Origin: Waterburya sp.
GTDB taxonomy: Bacteria > Cyanobacteriota > Cyanobacteriia > Cyanobacteriales > Xenococcaceae
DNA length: 64,000 nucleotides
Direction: 5' to 3'
Assembly: GCA_965217895.1 (NCBI GenBank)
Contig: CBDCJV010000002.1
Location: 2,080,001 to 2,144,000, forward strand
Part shown: one piece after another, positions 40,323-51,657 of the stretch
Layout: the number at the start of each line of letters is the position of its first letter
Position numbering within the stretch: the first letter of the stretch is position 1
Translations under genes and position numbers: made by a program
The notes under the pieces: generated by a model
Told to the model about the DNA's origin: nothing
The model's input: only the letters and a program-made list of their open reading frames with translations
Databases searched by the model: none

Positions 40323-41090
40323 TTAATCAGGCAAAAGTTGATTTAAGGCGATCGCAATCTTCGGAAAAGCTAGAGGCGAAATCGCACCTGTTTTGTATTC
40401 GGAAATTTGCCTATAACCGTCAGCTTGAGGTTCAGTATGAACTATTAGTTTTTGATTAACTAAGTCACAGATTACTCCGCCCTAAACGGACGGAGCCTGT
40501 CTTGGACAGCGTTCCCTTGCGCCTGACGGCGACGCGGGGTCTGTCCGCTGCTGTGACCGTTGGTCAATTACCCAATATTCAGGAATGCTATTGCAAGCAT
40601 AAATAATTGTTTTCTGTTCCAAGTCCTTCTTGAAACAATCGCTGCACAACGCGAAGCGTTGAGTCGCGTCTAGCGACGCTCTGGGCGCATAGCCCTGCGG
40701 GGAAACCCCCAAGACCGCGTTGTTTCGCTTCCTCAAGGTTTCCTTAGAAACTTCTATTAGCCAATAGATATTCTCTGGATAGGGATGATGAGCATCATAA
40801 ATGCTCTCTGGTAACTGAACAATGGCGATATCTGGTTCTGGTTCGCTTGCTCTCGAATAGGGGGAGTTGTTTAAAGTAATCGGGTGGGATTCATAGACTT
40901 CCGCTAATCCATCTAAAAGCTTTCTCAAGTATTTAACAGCCCTATGATTGGTATTGCGGTGAGGGACTCCTTCGTGACTCATGGCAGTTATTTCTCCCTC
41001 TAAAAATTCGACTTTTTTACCAGCCAAAACTCCTGAATCAACTAGATCGTGCCATTCTTCAATTGACCATTTATAAGTAGTTATAGTCAT
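40323..41090 (-). pseudogene. Uma2-family endonuclease interrupted by three in-frame mini-element insertions, the last carrying a stop
   Basis: Removing 40845-40862, 40632-40733 and 40464-40562 restores NNSEPEPD, ETLKKDL and EYWVIDLVNQKLIVH...LLPD* (stop at 40323). Confidence 0.85.
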
Positions 41091-41298
41091 ATTATTGTTT
41101 ATGCTTGATCGATAAAGGATTTAAGATCTATCTCTAACTTTCTCCATAATTTTGATAGCTTCTACCACGACATTTTATAGGTTTTTCGGACAATTGTAAT
41201 GTGAATATCGATAAAGATGAGTCTGAATGGAGATTATTGCACTTAATTGGGGAAAAGTAAGAAGAGTTAGGTAAAGCATGAATATTAGATGACAACTA

Positions 41299-41838
41299 AT
41301 GAACTACAAATCGAAAAAAGAGATTGCTCAAAGTAAAACTACTATTTTTTGGATTGTTTTAATCTTATTATCTCTATGGTTGGGTTGGAAGGCTCAGAAT
41401 CAAGAACCTGCTTATTCTTTTGAACAATATCCAACTGAGAACAATATCATCAAAACCAAAGAACAAGAAATTAAAGTAAGCCGAGTTTACATAACCAAAT
41501 CATTTGTAGCAGGTTTGACAAACGAAGTTCGCACTGCGAAAGGAAAATATTTAGTTTTAGAGGTAGATGTTACTAACACTAGTAAAAAAACAGATTCAAT
41601 AGAAGACCATAGTTTAAAGCTTAAAGATAACCAAGGAAGAACTTATCAACAAGATTTTTCAGTTGAAAGTGATTTGATTTGGAATAATAAAAATAAGTTT
41701 GACGAAGGTTTAATTTTGCCTGGAATGACCAATAGAGATCTATTAGCTTATGATGTTCTCGAAGATGCTCAAGGAGTGACATTAAATTACAGAGACTCGT
41801 TAGGAATGGAAGAATATACTATTCCAATTACTCAATGA
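41299..41838 (+). CDS. DUF4352-like membrane-anchored protein
   Basis: TM, KYLVLEVDVTN, LKDNQGRTY, ILPG, LAYDV. Confidence 0.7.
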   Translation: MNYKSKKEIAQSKTTIFWIVLILLSLWLGWKAQNQEPAYSFEQYPTENNIIKTKEQEIKVSRVYITKSFVAGLTNEVRTAKGKYLVLEVDVTNTSKKTDSIEDHSLKLKDNQGRTYQQDFSVESDLIWNNKNKFDEGLILPGMTNRDLLAYDVLEDAQGVTLNYRDSLGMEEYTIPITQ

Positions 41839-41898
41839 AAATTGATAAAATGTTTAGTCCGCTTAATAAACGATTTGTCCTTGGTCAATGAGTTAAAC

Positions 41899-42474
41899 CT
41901 ATTTAAATTCAATATTTTCATACAGATCGGCAATTTTGAACTGTACGTCCACTGAACTCAAGGTTAAAGTCATTTCGGAGTCGGTATATTCCGATAATAA
42001 CCATTGATGAGCATTCGTTTTAACGTAATGTTCGACCTGAATTTTATATTGATCGATCAAAAGATATTCTTGAAAAGTCTCAATCGTGCGGTATGCCACA
42101 AACTTTTCACTGCGATCATAATCTTTAGTTGATTTTGATAGTACTTCCGCTATTAAACAGGGATTCATCACCGTATCAGTTCGACTTTCCTGAAGCTGAA
42201 TTGGTTTTTCCAGAACCATAATATCGGGATAAGTATAGAGATTGCGATTGGAAATCCAAAGACGCTGATCTGTAAAAAAAGTTTCATAAGGTTGTTCTTT
42301 GAAAGCGAGTTCAAGAGCAATCAGTAAATTACGGCAAATTCTATTGTGGTTGGGCGTACCTCCTGTCATTAATCTAATTTCTCCATCGTCATATTCATGA
42401 CGTTCTTCTGAGAGTATTTCCCAGTTTAAATACTCTTCAGAGGTGTAAGTTTTCTTCTCAAGTGCCTGTGTCAT
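41899..42474 (-). CDS. Uma2-family endonuclease
   Basis: MTGGTPNH, YPD, EVLSKST, EYLLIDQ. Confidence 0.92.
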   Translation of the reverse strand: MTQALEKKTYTSEEYLNWEILSEERHEYDDGEIRLMTGGTPNHNRICRNLLIALELAFKEQPYETFFTDQRLWISNRNLYTYPDIMVLEKPIQLQESRTDTVMNPCLIAEVLSKSTKDYDRSEKFVAYRTIETFQEYLLIDQYKIQVEHYVKTNAHQWLLSEYTDSEMTLTLSSVDVQFKIADLYENIEFK

Positions 42475-42523
42475 TTCACCTAATATTCAATATTTATCGC
42501 TGAAGAAAACCATGTTTGCATAG

Positions 42524-42841
42524 TTAAACCAAAGTATCTAAATGCTGAATCAACTGTTGCGCTTGCAACACGCCTTCTATTCTCTCTGCGGGTTGACCAT
42601 CTTTGAATAAAACTAAAGTAGGTAAAGCTTCTATTTGATACTTAGTAGCCAGATTAGGATACTTATCGGTATCAATTTTGACTACCTGAAGGCGATCGCG
42701 TAAATTAGCCCCTACCTGTTCTAAAATTGGGGTCATCATCTGACAAGGACCACACCAAGTTGCGTAAAAATCTACTAAAACAGGAAGCTCTGAACCTTTC
42801 AATAGATCTTCAAAACTGGAGAATTGTTTTTTAACTGCCAT
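42524..42841 (-). CDS. trxA: Thioredoxin
   Basis: WCGPC active site. Confidence 0.9.
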   Translation of the reverse strand: MAVKKQFSSFEDLLKGSELPVLVDFYATWCGPCQMMTPILEQVGANLRDRLQVVKIDTDKYPNLATKYQIEALPTLVLFKDGQPAERIEGVLQAQQLIQHLDTLV

Positions 42842-42914
42842 AGCGATCGCCTTATATACAAGTAATTGAGTCGCGAACTAGTCTAAGGGACTAATAAGCC
42901 TATATGATAGCTAA

Positions 42915-43739
<825 letters not shown>

Positions 43740-44039
43740 AATCGCTGCTGTTCTTTCGGTTTAAATTCTCAGTGATATGACTCGTAGCTATCAGCTATTA
43801 GCCATTGGTGACAAGTTAAGAAAATATACAGCTCAAGTCTATAGAAGTGGTGTAATCTTACAAAAATATCAAATAACAAATGCGATCGTACTAGATGATT
43901 TTGATTTGAAACAAGTTAATTGCGATCGCATTTTTCAATATTCAATTGCGTTAATTTAGTAGTATAGTTGTTGTCAAATACTTCCATCGAAAAAGCGAAC
44001 TCGAATGAGAAGAATATATTAAACAATAAGCATTACTCT

Positions 44040-44879
44040 TTAACTTGAAGTACGTGGAATGAAGGCGATGACTTCTATTGCTTGATTTTCCGCAGGACGC
44101 AGAATTGTATAATCGTAATCAAGGTAGCCAAGTGATGGATGATCAAATTCTTTACGCCCATTATCGCGTCCAGTAACATCTGTTTCCCTCCACCATTTGC
44201 TAAATTGAGTGCTAATATTACTTAACCGTTCTATCAACGAGACAAATATTGGATTGCCAATTTCTGTCGCATAAATTGCTCTAAATTGTCGTATGGCAAT
44301 CTTTGCGTGCCACTCCCACTGTCTTAAATATTGCGTAAAAATTGGATCGGTAAAAAATAGATAAAGTAGGTTTCTGTCGTTATCCTCAAGGTAAGACCAA
44401 GTATTAAAGAATTTATTAGCAGAGTTATTCTGCGCGAGTATTTGCCAATCTTTTCTGAGAATAAGTGCGGGTGCTTTTGACAAATGTGAAATCATGCGCT
44501 GCATAAGCTGAATGTCTGCATCTAATACTTCAGTTGGAATAGGAGTATAGTCGGCAAGAGAATAGAGGTGTCTTCGTTCTGGTTCGTTTAATTGAAAAAC
44601 TTTTGCTAATTGATTCAATACATCAGTTGAAGGACAAATGTTGCGACCTTGTTCCAACCAAGTGTACCAGTCTACGCTCATTCCAGCGAGATTAGCGACT
44701 TCGGCTCTGGATAAACCAGGATTTCGTCTGCGCGGTCGTTCGGGCAATCCCAAAATTTCTGGATTGGTACGCTGGCGACAAGATTTGAGAAATTCCGATA
44801 GCTGCGTAAGACGTTCAGAGTTGATGCGATCGATTTTATCGCGATGATTAGGATTCGTACTCCTAGGTTTAATGCTCAT
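44040..44879 (-). CDS. XRE-family regulator with MmyB-like ligand-binding domain
   Basis: RRRNPGLSRAEVA..S.DWYTWLEQGR; PA, RNLL, HPSLG. Confidence 0.9.
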   Translation of the reverse strand: MSIKPRSTNPNHRDKIDRINSERLTQLSEFLKSCRQRTNPEILGLPERPRRRNPGLSRAEVANLAGMSVDWYTWLEQGRNICPSTDVLNQLAKVFQLNEPERRHLYSLADYTPIPTEVLDADIQLMQRMISHLSKAPALILRKDWQILAQNNSANKFFNTWSYLEDNDRNLLYLFFTDPIFTQYLRQWEWHAKIAIRQFRAIYATEIGNPIFVSLIERLSNISTQFSKWWRETDVTGRDNGRKEFDHPSLGYLDYDYTILRPAENQAIEVIAFIPRTSS

Positions 44880-44981
44880 CTTGTCCCCTTACTTTTTACA
44901 AGATATTGTTAAACAGTAATAGTTGTCATAAACACTATCACAGTATGACAACGGAGCGACTGAAACCAAGGAGGTAAGCAA

Positions 44982-45338
44982 ATGAAATTAATTGAATACC
45001 AGAACATCGTGATGCCCATTAACCAATATGCGCGAGGAGCGATGGAAGGCAACAGCATCGTTATGAAACAGGGCTTTCACACATCAGCTTTGATTCACGG
45101 CTATTTGGATGGCAGCTTATTAGCAGATCCGATTCAAGTTCTCTATGACTACGTGGACACTCATCCACCAGCTAGCAATCTTAAATATGTAATACGTTCA
45201 GTTGACTGGGAAGGAAATGCAGCATCAGCAAGAGTAGAAATCGAAAACTGGCACGACCATACATACACAGATTTATTCACGCTTTTGAAAATTGAAGAAC
45301 GGTGGCAAATTACTGGCAAGATCTTCGTACAACATTGA
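44982..45338 (+). CDS. NTF2-fold (lumazine-binding-2-like) protein
   Basis: FH..A, AASARVE, YTDLFTLLK..WQITGKIF; divergent from the MmyB regulator. Confidence 0.8.
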   Translation: MKLIEYQNIVMPINQYARGAMEGNSIVMKQGFHTSALIHGYLDGSLLADPIQVLYDYVDTHPPASNLKYVIRSVDWEGNAASARVEIENWHDHTYTDLFTLLKIEERWQITGKIFVQH

Positions 45339-45574
45339 TGAAATTAAGTGGAGTTTGTATTTTAAAGATGAATAATCCTTGACGAATGAAGTTCTCAAAG
45401 ACGATCGCATTATACATCTTCAACTTTCTCCAGAACCGTTACAGCAATTAAAAAAGATAGCTGGTAGTGATGAGTATATTTTATTATGATGCAACTGCAA
45501 AAACGTACAAGAAATATAATCCTAGTTTCTCTACTCTTAAGTTTAGGTTAATTTCTACATATTGAGGAGTAAAA

Positions 45575-46288
45575 TTGAATCAGAGTCAGGTTGATCGTTA
45601 TTCACCTTTAACCGAATTTATTGCTGGCACAAAAGCTATTGTACCTTTAGTCATTGGCGCAATTCCCTTTGGTATTATTTTCGGCACTTTAGCTCAAAGT
45701 AGCGGTTTGTCTTTCGGTGGTGCGATCGCTATGTCGGCATTAGTTTTTGCTGGCTCGGCTCAGTTTATTGCTTTGGGGTTATTGGCGACAGGAACAGCTT
45801 TGCCAATAATTATCCTGACTACTTTTGTGGTCAATTTACGTCACCTGCTGTACTCTCTCAGTCTAGTTACTCACGTTCAACGCTTGTCACCAGTTTGGAA
45901 AGTTATTTTGGCTTTTTGGCTGACTGATGAAGTATTTGCAGTGGTAATCAATCGCTATAATCAAAGCGATCGCTCTATCTATAAGCACTGGTATTATTTT
46001 GGTGCAGCTATTTTTATGTATACTAACTGGCAGGTTTGCACCGTAATAGGTTTAAGCATTGGACATCTTATCCCAGATGCAACTAGTTGGGGTTTGGATT
46101 TTGCCATGTCGGTTACTTTTATCGGGATGATTATGCCGTATATCCGAAATAAACCGATGGTTGTCACCGTAATTATCTCAGGAATTATGGCTTTATTGAC
46201 TCAGAATTTTCCCTATCAGTCAGGTTTGATGGTGGCAGCTACAGCAGGAATCATGGCTGGTATGGTTGCCAAAAAAATAAACGTCTAA
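45575..46288 (+). CDS. azlC: AzlC-family amino acid exporter, large subunit
   Basis: [22 protein letters not shown]. Confidence 0.92.
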   Translation: MNQSQVDRYSPLTEFIAGTKAIVPLVIGAIPFGIIFGTLAQSSGLSFGGAIAMSALVFAGSAQFIALGLLATGTALPIIILTTFVVNLRHLLYSLSLVTHVQRLSPVWKVILAFWLTDEVFAVVINRYNQSDRSIYKHWYYFGAAIFMYTNWQVCTVIGLSIGHLIPDATSWGLDFAMSVTFIGMIMPYIRNKPMVVTVIISGIMALLTQNFPYQSGLMVAATAGIMAGMVAKKINV

Positions 46289-46295
46289 AAAATTT

Positions 46296-46643
46296 ATGTC
46301 CGAACAAGAATTTTACTTAATTGGGGCGATGGCGGTAGTTACATTTTTGATTCGCTATCCTCTCTTGGCTTTTAGCAATCGAATTAAACTTCCTTCTCGG
46401 CTAGTCGAAGCACTAAATTATCTTCCCCCTGCTATTCTCACGGCAATTATTGTCTCTGCGGTATTGATGCCAACGGGAGATAAAATTCTACTGAGTTATA
46501 CCAATGCTAAACTAATTGGCGCGATCGCAGCTATTTTCATTAGCTGGCGCACCAAAAATCTTCTCGCTACTATTATTGGTGGGATGCTCACGTTTTTTAT
46601 TTGGCAATGGTTGTTGACCATGTTTTATAGTCATTCCAATTAA
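46296..46643 (+). CDS. azlD: AzlD-family amino acid exporter, small subunit
   Basis: TFLIRYP, YLPPAILTA; follows azlC. Confidence 0.9.
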   Translation: MSEQEFYLIGAMAVVTFLIRYPLLAFSNRIKLPSRLVEALNYLPPAILTAIIVSAVLMPTGDKILLSYTNAKLIGAIAAIFISWRTKNLLATIIGGMLTFFIWQWLLTMFYSHSN

Positions 46644-46756
46644 TTTCCTTATGGTAGTTTTGTATTGATTGTAAGGTTAAATATTATTTGCTACTTGCTA
46701 CTTGCTACTTTTTTCAAAGATAATCTGGTTGCTATTTAAAACGACTATAGTTTGGC

Positions 46757-47275
46757 TCAAGATTGAGATTGTACTGCTACTACTTCAATCTCTACCAACC
46801 AGCCTGGGTTAACTAAACCAGCAATCTGCATTGCCGATCGCGCTGGTAAATTTGGCTGTGTTTCTGTCCCGAAAAATTGCGTATAACCTTCCATAAATCC
46901 ACCAAAGTCCATTTGTCCCCCATTATCAGGATCGCCGACTAAAAAAGCCTGCATTTTTACCACATCACCCATAGTCAAATCGAGACTTTCGAGGATGCTT
47001 TGAATTTCTTCTAAAACATTAACAGTTTGAGTCTTCGTATCGCCAAAGGCTGCAATTGAGTCTGGTTTAGCACTGTCATCAACTATGGAAGGGACTTGAC
47101 CGCTTACATACACTAAAGTGCTTTCAGGTGGTACTGACACGGATTGAGAGATCGGAAAATCTGAATCAGGAATGGGATTTCGGATGACTTGAGCTAAAGT
47201 ACCTTTGAGACTACCAATTAGCAATCCTACTGCCAGAAGCGAAATTAAAGCTATTTTTTGCCAAAATCGAAACAT
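46757..47275 (-). CDS. RidA/YjgF-family imine deaminase with signal peptide
   Basis: VYVSGQ, PARS (conserved Arg), LVEIE; N-terminal hydrophobic signal. Confidence 0.9.
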   Translation of the reverse strand: MFRFWQKIALISLLAVGLLIGSLKGTLAQVIRNPIPDSDFPISQSVSVPPESTLVYVSGQVPSIVDDSAKPDSIAAFGDTKTQTVNVLEEIQSILESLDLTMGDVVKMQAFLVGDPDNGGQMDFGGFMEGYTQFFGTETQPNLPARSAMQIAGLVNPGWLVEIEVVAVQSQS

Positions 47276-47409
47276 TTATTTTTTCCTTACATAATATTAT
47301 ACCAATTCCTCAAATCACCACTACACATAAATCCCCGTGTCTCCCCGTCCCCCAGTCTTTGAGTCAATCATAGTCACGCCAATTTAAAGAGAAACGGTAT
47401 TATGCTATT

Positions 47410-48993
47410 TTATGCTTGAGTCGCTTTTACTTTTTCAGTAATCTTGGCGATCGCTTGATATGCCGAAAGTATTGCTCCTTCTTGCCAACCCGTTAAATAG
47501 CTTAAATGTTCTCCAGCTAAGTAAATCGATCCTTCGACCTGATTAAGTGTACGATAAGCGCGATCGCGATCTTCTTCTGACCATTCTGCCCAACCACCCA
47601 GGCTATAGGGCATTTTCTCCCAAGCGATAGTTACACCCATTGCAGGATCGATAAACTCTCGGTAATTGGGGTGAACTTTTGAGCCATTGGCGATCGCTTT
47701 GGCAATTCGCTGGGCTGGCATCATTTTCCCCCAAGGATTACCAATCGAATTATCCCAGATATATGCACCGACGATAATACCTTTTTCCTGATGAAATCCG
47801 CTTGAAGGATACCAAATTTGCGTAATATCTCGATCTGTCCAGGAAATTCCGCCATAAATGTGGTCTTGTTGTTCCCAAAAGCGTTGGTTAGCTTGAAAAC
47901 CGACTTTAACTGCATTAGTGTAATTCGTCCCTTGAGTGATCGCCTGCTTTACCTGTAGTGAAAAGTTGGTATCGATCTTGTTTAAGACAGGTAAGGGAAA
48001 AGTGCAGATGGCATAATCTGCGGTCAACTCCTGTTGTCCATCTTTGTCTTGATAGACGACGCTGACTCCATTTCCAGTTTGGCGCATCTGCTTAACCACA
48101 GCCTTGTATTGAATGCGATCGCCTACTTGAGTTTCAAACGCTTTAGCAATTCGATCCATGCCGCCGACAGGTTCAAGCATTGTTGCTGCTTGATGATACC
48201 CTTCCGCGAAATTTAATTTGTATGCCCAAAAATCTGACTTGAGTAGCTCGGAAAATTCCAGTGGTTCGTAAAGTTTTCCTGGGGTTAAGCCTGCCCCTGG
48301 AGGTGAACTATATCCAGCATAATCCGTTCCTTGGTAGCGATAATCTTCACTAAGACCACCATAGCTACTAACAAATTCTAACAGTCGTTCTCGATCTTCA
48401 GCCTGTATCTCTGTATCTAAAGCTTTTTGGTTAATTGCCTTTGCCAACAACTCCGCTATATATCCCCGACTGTCATTGACGACGCGCCGATTTAGAATAG
48501 CTTGACCGCCAAAAGCCTTATCGTCCTGAAAATAAGTAGCTCTGTTTTCATTGATCCGCACCTGCAAAGGCACGCCAAATTCCCGACAATAACCTAAAAT
48601 TTCTCGATGGTGGTAGGGAATTCGGGCAGGGCCAGGATTAAAATACAAATCTTCTTCAGAATCGAAAGGACAGGCCTGTTTACTGGCTAGTTCTGCAATT
48701 TCTGTACCAGCACGAATTGTCCAGCATCTACCACCAGGGCGATCGCGTGCTTCGAGAATTGTACAATCATATCCAGCTTTGCCTAACTCATAAGCAGCTG
48801 TCATTCCCGCAATTCCTGACCCTAGAATTGCCACCTTCACTCCACCTCCTACATCAGCAGCTAATTTGGGCTTAGTTATTGCTTGCGCTGGTGAATTAAG
48901 CAAATTTAAAGTTTTCATGGTGCTGTAAACCGCTGCTACACCACCTACTCTACCAACTAATTTTAGCAGCTTGCGTCGCGTAAACTGATTCAC
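47410..48993 (-). CDS. Tat-exported flavin monoamine / L-amino acid oxidase
   Basis: TRRKLL, GSGIAG, EARDRPGGR, FNPGPARIP, AGEH..GWQEGA. Confidence 0.92.
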   Translation of the reverse strand: MNQFTRRKLLKLVGRVGGVAAVYSTMKTLNLLNSPAQAITKPKLAADVGGGVKVAILGSGIAGMTAAYELGKAGYDCTILEARDRPGGRCWTIRAGTEIAELASKQACPFDSEEDLYFNPGPARIPYHHREILGYCREFGVPLQVRINENRATYFQDDKAFGGQAILNRRVVNDSRGYIAELLAKAINQKALDTEIQAEDRERLLEFVSSYGGLSEDYRYQGTDYAGYSSPPGAGLTPGKLYEPLEFSELLKSDFWAYKLNFAEGYHQAATMLEPVGGMDRIAKAFETQVGDRIQYKAVVKQMRQTGNGVSVVYQDKDGQQELTADYAICTFPLPVLNKIDTNFSLQVKQAITQGTNYTNAVKVGFQANQRFWEQQDHIYGGISWTDRDITQIWYPSSGFHQEKGIIVGAYIWDNSIGNPWGKMMPAQRIAKAIANGSKVHPNYREFIDPAMGVTIAWEKMPYSLGGWAEWSEEDRDRAYRTLNQVEGSIYLAGEHLSYLTGWQEGAILSAYQAIAKITEKVKATQA

Positions 48994-49068
48994 AACAACC
49001 TCTTTAAAATGCGCTTAAGCTTTACTGATTTGATCGACAAGATATTTCAGTAATTTTTCTTAAGTAAG

Positions 49069-49110
49069 AAATTAGCTTTTATACCAAAAGTAGAATGTAT
49101 TGCCCTATAC
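49069..49110 (-). promoter_or_regulatory. Class II NtcA-type promoter of the flavin amine oxidase
   Basis: Minus strand GTA-TAGGGCAA-TAC, 22 nt, then TAATTT (TAN3T). Confidence 0.75.
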
Positions 49111-49300
49111 TATAATTCTTATCAAAAATTTGATGTTGCTATATTAGCCTTTGTTCGGCAGTGGATAAGGCTTGGCAAAGGTGAAAGATTTAGGCGAATC
49201 TCCGTGCAATGTCAGATATTCTAGTTTAGAGAATTATTTAAAACTTAAGAATTTTTAAAATAGGGCAAACAAGCAATAAAAGACGAGGAGACGGAAAGAC

Positions 49301-49597
49301 ATGGAAGAAAGTAATCATGCCATAGCTTTGACAGAAAAAGCGCAGCGCAAACTTCAAGAAGTAACTCTCGACTTCGGTAGTCAGTTTGCTGGTTATTATT
49401 GTCGTCGCACTAATGTATTATGTAAAGCAATTTTCCAAAGTCTCGAACAAAATGGTAAACCAAGTTTGAATAGGTCAGAAGCTGGCTTACAAAATACTCT
49501 GTTTGAACTAGACCGCGAAGTAAGACTGTGCAATATGAAGATGAAGAAGACGATGACTTCCTGGGCTTCCTATTTGAGCGGTAATGACGATAAGTGA
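49301..49597 (+). CDS. Hypothetical protein
   Basis: 98-aa ORF with purine-rich (GAGGAG/GGAAAG) leader; no recognised domain. Confidence 0.45.
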   Translation: MEESNHAIALTEKAQRKLQEVTLDFGSQFAGYYCRRTNVLCKAIFQSLEQNGKPSLNRSEAGLQNTLFELDREVRLCNMKMKKTMTSWASYLSGNDDK

Positions 49598-49641
49598 TAA
49601 GCGATCTACCTATCACTTCTGACTTCTAACTTCTGACTTCA

Positions 49642-51630
49642 TTAATGACACTTACCATGACCATTACTTGACGGTGGTACATCCATAGCTGGGTTAGCAT
49701 CAAAGAAGCCAATCGGTTTGAGCTTAAAGCCAATATATGCCACGGGCATGACGGGCCAATCTTCGGGACGAGTAACATGATGCTGTCCAAAGGTGTACCA
49801 GACAACAACATCGGTATCTTCAATAGAGCGATCGCCTTGAGTCCATTTGGTTATACCTTCATCTCCTGGATGCTGATTGGGATAGTCCCCCGTACTGTAC
49901 ATTTCATCTGGGCTGTAGGGAGTTATCCAGAGATGCTTATTCATAAAGCCAGCCCGTTTCATTACGCTTGCTTCGGGGTGGGCAAAAGGCAGAATATTAT
50001 CCCCTGGCATTAGTTTGTAGCCGACGGGCTGTCCCAAACCATTTAAGCTAGAGGGATTGGTAATTTTCCAGTAACGACCAGAAAAGGGGTTGGTAATTCG
50101 CTGTGCTGCTAACTCACTAGTTAAGGGAGTAGATTTAGCAAAAAAGGCATTACCGTAAGGGTTAGTTTCTCCTAGGGGTTCGGCTTCGGTATTTACTTCA
50201 TAAACTGTATTATCCTTGCCATCAACGCACATATCTAAGCGAACATTAAAAAAGTGCTGGTGAATTGGCGCATTAAGCTGGGGTGCTACTAGTGTGCCGT
50301 ATTTGGGGTCTTCTCCTGGTATTGCCGACGCAGTATTAACAATGCCCGTTAGCTTGATTTCGTACTGAATTGTGCCATCCTGATAAAAATACCAGAAAAA
50401 GCCGTATTCATAATTACCTACCGTAGAAATAAAAGAAACCACCAAGCGACGCGATCGCCTTACCTCTGCCTGTTCTGTGCGCCAGTCTACGTGCTTCCAG
50501 AGAATGCCAAAGTCTTCTTCGTGCATACATACTGCGTTCTCAATGGTGAAGACATCCCCTCGGCTATTGGTCATAAAGGCATCGAAGTAGCGAATTACTC
50601 CCAAACAGTCGCAGCCTAGCTTTAGGGAATTAGCTAATGTCCCAACTCCATATTCCCCTACATCAAAAGCGTTTTTACGGTAATGCTGAGGTCGAGGATC
50701 GCCGTAGGGAACGACCATATCTGATAAAGAAGCGCGATAAATAATTGGTCGTAATCGTCCGCCATCTTCATAACCAACGGTATAGAGAATTAAGCCTTCG
50801 CGAGGAGTAAAGCCGATGCGAAACTGCCACTTTTGCCAGCGCACAAAATGCCCCTCTATTTCAAAGCTAGTTCCTTGAGGCTGAGTAATGTCTAAAGGTT
50901 TGAGATCTTTGCGAAATTCATCGATAAATTCTTTGGCATAGTTTCCCGACTGGGGCGGTAAGGGAACAACTCCGTGATCTTCGACGCGAATTACCTCCAT
51001 CGTGTTCAAATCCACTACGGGAATTACTCCCTCAATAGGTCGGGCGTAACCGTTATCTGTGGGACTAGATCGCACCCAGCATAAAGCCCTTGATAGTCGT
51101 TGTCCTTTCTCCTCTTCGATCTCGTAGTAGCCAGCCGACCAAGGATCGACCATTACTAAGTCAGGGTCTTCAATGCCTCGCTTTTTAATTGCTGCTTGGA
51201 ACTCAGGGCTAGCTTTAACCGCAGCCTCACACTCTTCAAATTCATCGAGCATAATTGAAGGCTGTACGTCTGGTATATGTTCCCAGGATGTCACGGTTTC
51301 TGAGGTTAAGGATACTACCGCTTCATAGGTTGCCCCGTCGGCATTATCGAGAATAATAATAAAAACTTCGCGCTCGATTTTATCATCCTCTTCAAAGTTA
51401 AAGACAGCCTGCTTATCAGGTTCTTTTAACGTAACAGTGGGAAATCTAATTGTTTTACCTAACTGTTTCTCTCGTTTGAGAATACTAACGGCCGTTTTAA
51501 TCTCCTTTGGTGTTAATGGTTCGAGAGGGTGTTGAGGAGAAGCGAGATTGCGGAAAGTTTGCGATTGGGCTGACGCCCAGCCTTCGGATCGTGTTGTGGT
51601 TGTAGTCATGGCAATAAATTTGTGTGGCAA
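49642..51630 (-). CDS. tynA: Copper-containing primary amine oxidase
   Basis: HPLEPL, TVGNYEY (TPQ motif), HQH, HHVTRPEDWPVMP; start may be ATG 51609. Confidence 0.96.
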   Translation of the reverse strand: MPHKFIAMTTTTTRSEGWASAQSQTFRNLASPQHPLEPLTPKEIKTAVSILKREKQLGKTIRFPTVTLKEPDKQAVFNFEEDDKIEREVFIIILDNADGATYEAVVSLTSETVTSWEHIPDVQPSIMLDEFEECEAAVKASPEFQAAIKKRGIEDPDLVMVDPWSAGYYEIEEEKGQRLSRALCWVRSSPTDNGYARPIEGVIPVVDLNTMEVIRVEDHGVVPLPPQSGNYAKEFIDEFRKDLKPLDITQPQGTSFEIEGHFVRWQKWQFRIGFTPREGLILYTVGYEDGGRLRPIIYRASLSDMVVPYGDPRPQHYRKNAFDVGEYGVGTLANSLKLGCDCLGVIRYFDAFMTNSRGDVFTIENAVCMHEEDFGILWKHVDWRTEQAEVRRSRRLVVSFISTVGNYEYGFFWYFYQDGTIQYEIKLTGIVNTASAIPGEDPKYGTLVAPQLNAPIHQHFFNVRLDMCVDGKDNTVYEVNTEAEPLGETNPYGNAFFAKSTPLTSELAAQRITNPFSGRYWKITNPSSLNGLGQPVGYKLMPGDNILPFAHPEASVMKRAGFMNKHLWITPYSPDEMYSTGDYPNQHPGDEGITKWTQGDRSIEDTDVVVWYTFGQHHVTRPEDWPVMPVAYIGFKLKPIGFFDANPAMDVPPSSNGHGKCH

Positions 51631-51657
51631 ACAATAGAATAAATATTTAAATTCACT

